Below, in pieces: positions 53,236 through 62,935 of a stretch of 62,935 nt of DNA; positions within the stretch are counted from its first letter, which is position 1, and every line of letters starts with the position of its first letter. The notes below the pieces were generated by a model that was given only the letters and a program-made list of their open reading frames with translations, ran no database searches and had not been told where the DNA came from. The DNA is from Chiloscyllium plagiosum (Eukaryota), in contig NC_057719.1 of the NCBI RefSeq assembly GCF_004010195.1, positions 74,115,657 through 74,178,591 of the forward strand, read 5' to 3'. The translations under genes were made by a program, and so were the position numbers.

Positions 53236-54261
53236 TGTTTGATGGCAACCTTCCCTTCATAGGCAGCCACAGTACCTTTGGGGAGTGGGAAAACATCAAG
53301 GATAATTCTACAATTTGGAGCAGAGGAGAGAAGGGGTATAGCTCATGCCAAAAAGATAGTTGAGTAACACAAATATACCACATATAGATGTAACAATATC
53401 TTTTATAGGCCAGAAGTCTTGGTGTCCATTTCTACAGTATTTTCAAGGAGTTGATATGCGTGTTGATCTGGGCCCAAGTGACATTTATAAAAGACCAACA
53501 ATGCTAAAGAATAAACTTATTAATTTTGTAATATTACAAGCTCTGTAAATTCATCTATATATTTATATAACATTTATTCATTCATTTACCAGTATTCATT
53601 TTCATTCATACCTATTTCATTCCAATGGAATCAATCATTAACATCTCTAGGATTATACTTTGTTTCTGAAAATTTTATGTTTTGATCTTTGAAAAACAAA
53701 GACTGACTTCTGCACAAATTATTAAACAAATACTTCAACTTTTCATTGCAAAGGTTTACATTTTAAAAAATGTTTATATATTTTAAGTTCACTCACACAT
53801 CATTGTTTAAAAGCTATTACACCACCTTCACATATTACACATAATTTATGTTGAACACTTTGATGTGCACATCTCAGGACTTGTCTCTCCATCTCATCTG
53901 TAATTTCCACGGTTCTGGGTGGAACAACTGTTATTAATTTCTGAGTTCATAGTAGCAAACGCTCAGCACACAAGATCCCTACATGCCAACAGCCTGGAGA
54001 AAACAGCTGGAAGAGATACAGCACTAAAATGGAACAGGGTTTGGTCTTTGTTACTCATGCAGTGACTGCAGCTTTATTGTAGTGTTCATGATGCCTCACA
54101 CTAGACTCACCATTCAGGAACAGGCTGTTCATCACCAACAAAATATTTTCAACCGGATTAATTAAGTTGTTTGTGTTGAAGGAGTATTGGAAAGTAAAAT
54201 GCTGCTATCGTTTTGCTGTGAATAAGGAATTTGTTACAATCTAAGTAGAGACTGAAAACAG

Positions 54262-54470
54262 TGTCGAGAGTGTGGTGCTAGAAATTCACAGCAAGTCAGG
54301 CAGCATCTGAGGAGCAGGAGAATCGACGATTTGGGCATAAACCCTTCATCAGGAATCCTTATGCCTAAAACATCGATTCTTCTGCTCCTTGGATGCTGCT
54401 TGACCTGCTGTGCTTTTCCAGCACCTCACTCTCTATTCTGATCTCCAGCATCTGCAGTCTCACTTTCTCC
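54262..54470. mobile_element. Short palindromic Penelope-derived insertion
   Basis: Perfect 16-bp TSD TAGAGACTGAAAACAG (54246-54261 / 54471-54486). Inverted arms meet within a hammerhead-like motif. Confidence 0.85.
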
Positions 54471-55813
54471 TAGAGACTGAAAACAGAATGTTAAGGTTTC
54501 TAGTGGCTTACTGGAAGGATTGCATGAACAGATTTAAAGTTTTAAGACTCCTCCTGTAATAAATGAATTAAAAGCAACATTGTCTACACACAATTCAGTA
54601 GATCCCTTAGCTACAGAAAGGATGCCCCATTAAACTTTAAAATGACCAAAAAATTCCTCTCGACAGTTGTATACTACCAAGGCCGTTATGAGGACACTTC
54701 TTCAAGAAGCAGTCTAAAAATATTCTGGTTTCCTTTTCTAGCTGGAAAACTTGTAAGCCTTGAACTGACTTTCATGGTGATGGGCAGCTTAGAGAATATT
54801 CCTCCAGCTGAGCTCCATAAGTCTTTGAGCCTTGTTAAATCCTCATGAACGCAGCCTTTCAATCTGAGCATGGGCTCCAATTTACATTGCACATAGTGAC
54901 CAGCATTGTCACCACTTTAGGCGCGAGACTAGCCACCTCTGTCTTTATCTTCTCTCACCCTCTCTTTTTCATATCCTTGCAGGGTTTATAAAAAGCCTTT
55001 AAACTCTATCTTCAGAGAAGTCCTGTATCATGGTAGTAAACTTACTAGCTGTAAACTCTTCCCCTCTCAAAGTTTATTTCTACAGCAATGAGCCTTACAT
55101 CCAGGTAGAAGTGCTATTAAGCTATCTTCTGGATCACAACCTCCACTGCATCTCGGAATAAAATAGTTAGAAGTATGTGCATGTATAGCTCCCCTATAAT
55201 TTGAATACTAGCAGCCTATCCACTAACAGCACAGCGCCGTGGTCATTGTTTACAGTCTGTGACTATTTTGCATTTTCTTCCTAGGCCCCTCTGCTCATCA
55301 TCACCCTCCATTACACCCCTTTAACAACCAACCCACCCAAGCTTGTTAGGCAGAATATGGAGCTGGTCGCATGACCACCTTCAAGCCTCCATTTGACCCC
55401 AAGTTAAAGAGGGAGTGTCGCAAAACACATCAAACTTATAAGCTTCATGCAGGTAAAAAATTGGAGTTGCAGTGGCAACCCTTTTGTTAGAACTCTAACT
55501 AGTGTCCAAACAAAATGTTGAATGTGAATATTCTCTTGTGGTTGTAAAGGGCTGACCACTGCCATTAGCTGAAGCTTTTGACCAGAGGCCAGTTACCTGC
55601 AGATCAATCATAGTGCTTTTATGCATTTTAAAGACTAACTTTAATAAAAGATGAGGAACAGCTTTATTGCTCAAAAGAACAATATTGCAGGCATATGCCA
55701 TCGTTTACTTCATTGGTGTTGCATCTTGATGAAAGCGTTCACTGTTTTGTCACTCAGTTACTCCTCTTTGTTCTCTGTTGTGACTGATAGTAAGTAATAC
55801 CTTTCTGTTCCAG

Positions 55814-55967
55814 AGGAACCCTGCCCAGATTTGACGACCTACTGCTCTTTGGATTGTCCCCATGGCTTCCTCAAGGATTTGGATGAGTGCAGCATCTGTG
55901 AATGTCGACCACAGCCACACAAGTGCCGAAAGCTTTCCTGCAACAAACATTGTCCCTATGGTTACAT
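55814..55967 (+). CDS. CRIM1: CRIM1-like coding exon (exon 9 equivalent), antistasin-like repeats 2-3
   Basis: Acceptor cctttctgttccag, donor AT|gtaagt, 154 nt, phase 1-2. Encodes (K)EPCPDLTTYCSLDCPHGFLKDLDECSICECRPQPHKCRKLSCNKHCPYGY(M). Not present in the supplied ORF track. Confidence 0.94.
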
Positions 55968-56299
55968 GTAAGTGCAGTACATCACCATTACACAAGTTAT
56001 GAATTGCATATCCTTTGTCGTTCGTGATATAGCGGCTAAGTTTGGAGATGCATGCAGTCAAATCCTTTTATCAGGGTTTCCTACTTTGTGAGCAGTGAGA
56101 ACTGGCGCTTGATGATAAATGACTGTAGTGGAAATCATTGCAATTTTTGCATAATTAACTAATTTATTTGGGATTTTGTCATTTGTCCATGATAGCAGAT
56201 CCAAACTAGATGCATGTATTTCTTGGAATGTTCACACATGTATATCATTCACCTGTATGTAGGAGAGTTACCAACCCTTTAAGATGATCCTGGAGTCTA

Positions 56300-56520
56300 C
56301 AGAAAATAAAATAAAAGCAAAGTGATGAAGAAATGCAGCAGGACTAGCAGCATCTGTGGAGAGAGAAATGGAGACCATTCTTCAAATCAGAATCATTGGA
56401 CTCAAAGCATTAATTCTGTTTCTCTCTCCACAGAAGCTGCCAGACCTGCTGAATTTCTCCAGCATTGTTTGTTTCTACCTCAGGTCTTTAGCATTTGTGG
56501 TGTTTTATTTTTATTCTGGG
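56300..56520. mobile_element. Old palindromic Penelope-type remnant
   Basis: GCAGCATCTGTGGAGAGAGAAA / TTTCTCTCTCCACAGAAGCTGC inverted arms. Confidence 0.6.
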
Positions 56521-57325
56521 AAGTAAAGTCTGATCTCCAGGGAACTGCCATGAGCAATTTTAACAGAAGATTGTCGGTACATTTTTTTTCCCTCAATATT
56601 TCTGTGTATACATTCATTTATGAGACCAACCCCACACAAAATGAGTCATCATTTCCAAGCACACTCCAACTTTAATCACAATGTTGAAGCTTCCAGCATC
56701 TCAGTATCTCTTTATATGTTCCTTCCAAACTATAATGGATTTTGACAATGAGGATGGGATTAAAGTTTAAAACTGTTTGCAGTAAATAACACAATTGAGC
56801 GAAATAATTTATTTCCCAGTGAGTTGACTGCTTGGGTGGCAAAGATCTTTGGCTTGATTATGAGTGGCTGCAGAGAATGGGAACCTACACGGTACTATTG
56901 AAAATCTGATTCCACTGCTGACTACATAGGCTTTTAACAAATATGACACACTACCCCACCTACCCTTCTCTGGATGAGTGCAACAAATGAATAGTTTCAA
57001 AAAGACCCTGATGGTAAGGGAAAGGAGCTGCTGATTGAAATGGTAAAGTCTTCCAATGGCTTGATGAAGTGTCTGATCACTACAGTACAGATGGCTACAC
57101 TGCCATGTAGAGATTTTCAAGTAGTTAATGTGAAATTTGGGAAAGCTTGGGATATTAAGAATCAAGGAATAAATATGTGACGTGGATCCTTTTTTAAAAA
57201 AACTGTTTTTGATTATATCAACTTCAGTTGTTTAAAACATTGGACTGCTTTAGATGGCCCCATGTTGTTTCTACAGTTCTCTCTGTAGGTACTCTTATCA
57301 AACAGAGCATTGTTGAAAAGGAAAT

Positions 57326-57488
57326 CATGTTGTTGAAGCTTTCCATCTTGCTATCCATCAGGAAAAATGCAAGAATGCCAGAATTTAAATGACCAAAATA
57401 ATTTATACTCCATTTATTGTGGTCATTTAAAATCTGGCATTCTTGCATTTGTCCTAATGAATGCAAGACAAAACATTTTGACAGCATG
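57326..57488. repeat. Inverted-repeat (hairpin) element
   Basis: Arms of about 75 nt; the 31-nt core pairs with one mismatch; loop about 12 nt. Confidence 0.85.
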
Positions 57489-58200
57489 TATTTGTTTTCC
57501 AAAATAGCATGTTCTGTACTGCCAAAAACACACTGCTACACTTACCAGTATCCAAGCAATTAGAGAGCTGGGTTTTTGTAGATCCCAAAATACATAACTT
57601 CAAGAATGATGTAGATTAGTTTTATTAACATCGCAATATGAAGAACTTGTCCTTTTATTTATAATGAACAGATGGTTTGGCTAAGTACACAAGCCCTTTA
57701 AGTGTTTAGTTGGGCTGTAAACGTGGGGTAATCGAAAGGCGCTGGCTTGTACACCACATGCATGGGAACTTCTGGATTACTGTGTGGCCATGTAGCTTAG
57801 AGGGAACTTGAGTGTGAAGACACCTCGTCAAAGGATTGTGATAAATCTTGAAGAAATACAGCACAAATTCCGTTCCTTGACTTAATAGAATAAATATATT
57901 GATATACAACAATTGCTTTGAAATATCACAAAGGCTGTTCTGCAAGTATGAGCTCATCTAATCACACTTCCCTCTGGGTCCCAAGGTCTGTAAAATGTTT
58001 GAACCAGACTTTATAACCCATCATCCAGACTGGCAGGTTGTGTGTTACGCTGGGGGTGCAACATGGTTTCAGATGTAGTCCTTCTGAGAAGCCATTTAGC
58101 CATAGTCCTGCATGGCCATTTAATTGGATGTTAAAGATCTGTTACTTAATTACTGTGTTTTCCTGGTCAACATTCTTCCAAAGTGGCATAAATTGTTTCA

Positions 58201-58890
58201 TTCTGGATTAGTGGTGCTGGAAGAGCGCAGCAGTTCAGGCAGCATCTGAGGAGAAGTAAAATCGATGTTTCGGGCAAAAGCCCTTCATCAGGAATAAAGG
58301 CAGAGAGCCTGAAGAGTGGAGAGATAAGNNNNNNNNNNNNNNNNNNNNNNNNNNNNNNNNNNNNNNNNNNNNNNNNNNNNNNNNNNNNNNNNNNNNNNNN
58401 NNNNNNNNNNNNNNNNNNNNNNNNNNNNNNNNNNNNNNNNNNNNNNNNNNNNNNNNNNNNNNNNNNNNNNNNNNNNNNNNNNNNNNNNNNNNNNNNNNNN
58501 NNNNNNNNNNNNNNNNNNNNNNNNNNNNNNNNNNNNNNNNNNNNNNNNNNNNNNNNNNNNNNNNNNNNNNNNNNNNNCAGTCTCCCCAATGTAGAGGAGA
58601 CCGCATCGGGAGCAATGGATACAATAAACGATATTAGTGGATGTGCAGGTAAAACTTTGATGGATGTAGAAGGCTTCTTTAGGGCCTTGGATGGAGGTGA
58701 GGGAGGAGGTGTGGGCGCAGGTTTTGCAGTTCCTGCGGTGGCAGGGGAAGTTGCCAGGATGGGACGGTGGCTTGTAGTCACGGAGGGAACGGTCTTTGCG
58801 AAAGGCGGTAAGGAGTGGGGAGGGAAATATATCCCTGGTGGTGGGGTCTTTTTGGAGGTGGTGGAAATGTCAGCAGATGATTTGGTTAAT
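58201..58890 (-). mobile_element. Penelope-like element 3' part (Cys-rich linker, GIY-YIG and pLTR with hammerhead motif), spanning a gap
   Basis: A minus frame reads AFRKDRSLRD..FPCHRRNCKTCAH..FTCTSTNIVYCIHCSRCGLLYIGET. CTGATGAAGGGCTTTTGCCCGAAACATCGA lies at 58262-58291 (-). Confidence 0.9.
58329..58577. other. Assembly gap
   Basis: Run of N. Confidence 1.
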
Positions 58891-59113
58891 TGTTTCATTG
58901 AGCATAGTATTTTAAAATTGCAAATGTGATGGAAGGTGTATGATTTATATTTTGTAATACCATTTTTAGACATTAGGTTTTAAAATAATGGCACATGGAT
59001 ATTGGCTACTTTTGTGAAAGGATTCTTTTTAAAATTTAGATCAGCCAGTCCTTCTTTAACAGTGATGTAATCCAGTGAGAATCAAAAAGCAGTGAATTCC
59101 TGGCATGTTAATT

Positions 59114-59228
59114 AAGTTAAACTGAGCATTTGGGCCAAATGAGCTATTCATAAATGGTTCAGTAGTTGCACTCAACTGTGTGGTTCTTTACAGAGCAGCC
59201 CTTGGGTGTGGGGGAGTTATATGGACTC
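59114..59228 (+). repeat. 115-bp direct repeat, copy 1
   Basis: Ungapped match to 62574-62688 with 8 mismatches by manual count. Confidence 0.9.
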
Positions 59229-60217
59229 CTTCATATTGACTTAGCTAAGGAAGGGAGAGGGTTGTGGTGGTGTGTTAATTTGGCTCAAGTCAATGATTTA
59301 GTCTGTCATCCGTTTCCATGACCTGGAGGAGCCAGTGTTGGACAAAGTTAAAAATCGCACAACACTAGGATATAGTCCTGGTGTGTTATTGGGAAATTGT
59401 TTATTTAAAACAGGTGGAGTAAACATTGAAAATCATTAGGTGGTTCTGATTCATGATAATCCAGGATTGATTTTAGTTTAGGAAACCCTCCAGCAATGGA
59501 AAGGTTTAAAGGCTTTCAGGAAAAAAACCTGATTTAGGCCTGAAGCAAGTGCAGTGTCTCTCCTAGAAAGGAGTTGCTGCAGAACAGTTAACAGTTAAAT
59601 TACCTCTGTCAAAAAGTTTAGTTTGTTTAACTTCTAGATGAGTGTTTGGTTAGAAATCTGCAAGTTATTAGAAGCTGAGGGAGTCTTAGCTCTCAGTTTT
59701 GAGATTTTCATGTAGGAGCATTCCACACTTGACAGGACAGAAACTGGAAAGAATCAATTAAACCTTAAAGATTTTACATAGAAGTACGATTTCTCCGAAT
59801 TTGACTTGCTGTAAAATGGCGCTGGGGAGTAGAGTGAAATTGTTATCCTAGATGTACAAAAATGTTTCTCAGTGTGTTCGAAGTCTAGATAGCTTGGGTT
59901 GTTTTGATTTATTGTTTTAATCTTTCAACATATTCTGTTGTTAAAGAAACTCTACAGTCTTGTATCATTTTTTTTTAAGAGAATGGCCATTATGTTAACA
60001 CAAGTGAAGGGAAACAAATAATCTAACATTCTGGGATCTGGCCTGACCAGTAGTACCATCAGCTGGGATTAAAATGTAAACTGTTATGCAACAGTTATAG
60101 TTTGAGCATGCTGTTATTGAGCAATGATGTTTTCAGGTATTTTAAGTAACAATGAAACTTCCTTTCTTTCCATAGAGCTGGACATTTGCTAATTTTATGT
60201 TTTCAATGATTCTTTAG

Positions 60218-60339
60218 GAAAAACAAACACGGATGTGACATGTGTCGCTGTGTGAAGTGTCCACCATTTACCTGTGACAAATATTGCCCAGAGGGATATG
60301 AAGAAAATAAGAAAGGGTGCTCCATGTGTCACTGCAAAG
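60218..60339 (+). CDS. CRIM1: CRIM1-like coding exon (exon 10 equivalent), antistasin-like repeats 3-4
   Basis: Acceptor gattctttag, donor G|gtacca, 122 nt, phase 2-1. Encodes KNKHGCDMCRCVKCPPFTCDKYCPEGYEENKKGCSMCHCK; KNKHGCD.CRC matches CRIM1. Confidence 0.94.
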
Positions 60340-62573
60340 GTACCAAAACATTAACTCATTTCAGGTATTTTGCCAGGATTTGGGAAAAACTTATTAAATC
60401 AGGGGTGTCGATGATACATCATATTTTAGCTTTCCTGTTTGCACTGGGGTAAATGACATTGAACAAGAACAGTGATGTTTGATGCCTACATAACATGTCA
60501 TCAGTATGGCTTGAATAAAACTGAGAGAAAGAAATGAACAATGAAGTACTTTCAGTGTGAAAGATTTCCTGCCTTACCTAGTAAGGTTTTTTTAATAGTG
60601 AATTCTATTTACTCCTCCCCATCCCACCTTGCAGGAAAATATACAAGGTATTATAAACTCATGTGCATAGTACACAAGTGTAAATGTGTTGCCTCTATGA
60701 CAAGACTATTTCCCTTGACAAGCTTATAGAGAATTTTTACTCAGGCACAGATTTTTGTGTGTGTCTGGCTGTACAGAATTGAAAACTCCTGGCTCCCTGA
60801 CCTGACAGTGGATGTTGAATTTTCTGCTGGTTTGTGGGGCAATGTCAAGCTGAGTGAATCAAGAGATGAGTGTGTGAGGTGCAAAGGCAGACTGGGAATG
60901 AGGTTTCCCTCACACAATTCCCATCCCAGTACATGCACCTTACCCACCCCTCGATCCCTTATTGTCCTCCATGCAAGCCTAAGCCCCTATATCCACCTGC
61001 ATAGTTTTTGTAACTGCTGTGCCAACTCCGTGTCTACCACTACACTTAGCAGCACTTGGCCTTACTCTTACCATTTCAACTTATTTTGTATGCACCCATG
61101 GCAATACCGCAGGATCCTTACAGAGATGTGATAAAATGAATTCTGAGCATATGTTACAGAGTTGATGATATTTTTTAAAAGTTCTGTCATTACAAAAACA
61201 TTTATTATATACACAATCCTTCAATTACATTTTTTATAAGAACAAGCACTAATTCAAGTGCACAATCTCTTATAACAAGCATTGAAATTAATTTCCTGTC
61301 ACACTTCTAAGAGTCTACAACCACTCACAGCTGTTGGTCAACATGTGAAGTGGGGGGCACCTTTACTGTGATAATGGATGGTTGTGGAGTAGTTATGCAG
61401 TCGTAATCCAGGAGGAGAACCCCTTAGGAATATATCAACTGAAAAAGTGATACCATTAAACAGTGATGGTGTTTAATGGTATAAACATATTTTGAACATT
61501 GTATAAACTCCTGCCCTTTATTCACATTCATGTCTACTTTTAACCAATTCAAAGGTCACCTAATTTCCCCCAATGTCACTTGACCATCTCCAAAGATGTC
61601 CTTATACCTTATCCAGAAGGGCACCTCGCCCCTCCAAAGGGACTATCCTGACTATCTAAAGAAATACACAGAGTTCACCCCGATCTGAGTGGGTCTACTC
61701 TGAGTACATTGGATGTCAGACTGCTGGACAACCAAAATCTGACTTGAGTGGAGGCAGCAGATGATTAAAATAGCTACTTCCCTGAAACATGCATGTGCAT
61801 ATCCTAACCTGACCCCATTCTCATGCCCACAAAAAATGGGAAGTTCCCTGTTTGAGAGCAGAACTTGTGATTTCCAGGTTTGTTCACAACTCTTGTCATG
61901 AAAGAGCAACTCGCCATCACAGTGATAATCCAGTCTTTAGACTTTACTGTTAAAATTTGGAGTGTCTGCATTAGCTATATACCAGGTTGGTATCTTTACC
62001 ACCACAGAGGATCTTTAGTTAGGACTCATGAGGGATGAGAACATTACTGCCCTCGTAGACTCATGGGGACTGTCAGAGAAGCAGTGTAACAGTAGACCTG
62101 GCATTCACCTGGAGCAGTGTCACTCGTTTCAGCTGAATTACTGTCCCATTTAGCTGAGTCAATATGAGAATCCACAACTATCACTGACACCCAAAGGCTG
62201 CTCAGTAAAGAGCTACATAGTTCAGTGCAGCTACTGAACCAATTATGAATGGCCTCATTTTGAGTTAGTGCTGGTCAACATCCTTTCCTGGCTCTCGATC
62301 AGATAAAGACAACCGGGGGAATTTTCATTTTCAGTCACAAACGGTGTGGAGATGAAATGGAGTAAAATATCAAGTGCCTTCTAATCAGGCGATTAACTTA
62401 TTAAATAGCCTCCTTGTATTTCCATTTCCTTTATAATTCCTTGCTGTATTATGTTTTAAAATAACTATTTGCCATCAACCCTTGCAGCATTGCATGGCAG
62501 TGTGGAGGAGCCAGTTAACTGATCTTTTGCAACAATCCTGTAAATACCCACATCATACATTTTAACAGAGACC

Positions 62574-62688
62574 AAGTTAAACTGAGGATTTGGGCCAAAT
62601 GAGCTATTCATAAATGGTTCAGTAGTTACACTCAACTGTGTGGCTCTTTATAGAGCAGCCCTTTGGTGTGGGGGAGCGATACGGACTC
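62574..62688 (+). repeat. 115-bp direct repeat, copy 2
   Basis: Ungapped match to 59114-59228; truncated by a Penelope insertion at ~62692. Confidence 0.9.
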
Positions 62689-62691
62689 TTT

Positions 62692-62935
62692 TAGGGTAAA
62701 AACAATGACTGCAGATGCTGGAAACCAGATTCTGGATTAGTGGTGCTGGAAAAGCACAGCTGTTCAGGCAGCATCTGGGGAGTAGTAAAATCGGCGTTTC
62801 GGGCAAAAGTCCTTCATCAGGAATACAGGCAGAGTGCCTGAAGGGTGGAGAGATAAATGAGAGGAGGGTGGGGGTGGGGAGAAAGTAGCATAGAGTACAA
62901 TAGGTGAATGGGGGTGGGAATGAAGTTAATAGGTC
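62692..62935 (-). mobile_element. Penelope-like element 3' end, running off the window
   Basis: Closely similar to 58201-58328. Hammerhead motif CTGATGAAGGACTTTTGCCCGAAACGCCGA at ~62791-62820 (-). Confidence 0.85.

Larger units (their letters stand above)
1..62935 (+). other. CRIM1: Internal portion of a CRIM1-family gene (introns plus 6 coding exons); 5' and 3' ends lie outside the window
   Basis: Six Cys-rich exons on + splice in frame (phases 1-1,1-1,1-1,1-1,1-2,2-1) in CRIM1 domain order. No start exon, transmembrane exon or terminal exon was found in the window. May be a paralog rather than the ortholog. Confidence 0.85.

Noticed and set aside
53001..53383. ORFs rich in His/Thr/Leu/Ser or Arg/Glu
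   Set aside because: They are translations of CT/CA microsatellites.
58167..58973. 268-aa proline-rich ORF
   Set aside because: It is inflated by the N gap and is an alternative frame of the Penelope GIY-YIG sequence.
1..62935. CRISPR arrays, prokaryotic operons or defence systems
   Set aside because: There is no regular repeat-spacer array and no long intact ORF; the content is typical vertebrate intron sequence.

Overview
Vertebrate genomic DNA, almost certainly from a shark or other elasmobranch (inferred from HE1-type V-SINEs with (AATCT)n tails, CR1/HER1-type LINEs and DeuSINE-like repeats). The window lies inside one plus-strand gene encoding a CRIM1 (cysteine-rich motor neuron 1)-family protein. 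Six coding exons have canonical AG/GT boundaries and splice in frame: 19539-19781, 33887-34069, 38857-39054, 52029-52157, 55814-55967 and 60218-60339. They encode a Cys-rich module, two vWC domains and four antistasin-like repeats. The window opens on a likely donor site (GTAAGA at 1), and the gene continues beyond both ends. I found no equivalents of CRIM1 exons 4-5 (the RGD-bearing module in human CRIM1) in a gap-free interval. With the moderate sequence similarity, this suggests a shorter CRIM1 paralog. The introns are dense with nested retroelements: CR1 LINEs, tRNA-derived SINEs, and several Penelope-like (GIY-YIG) families. The Penelope-derived short insertions are often palindromic, are flanked by target-site duplications (TSDs) and carry minimal hammerhead-ribozyme motifs. 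There are three N gaps. I saw no bacterial-type systems, CRISPR arrays, rRNA or true tRNA genes. Repeat boundaries were set by eye and are approximate, and the human CRIM1 comparisons are from memory.
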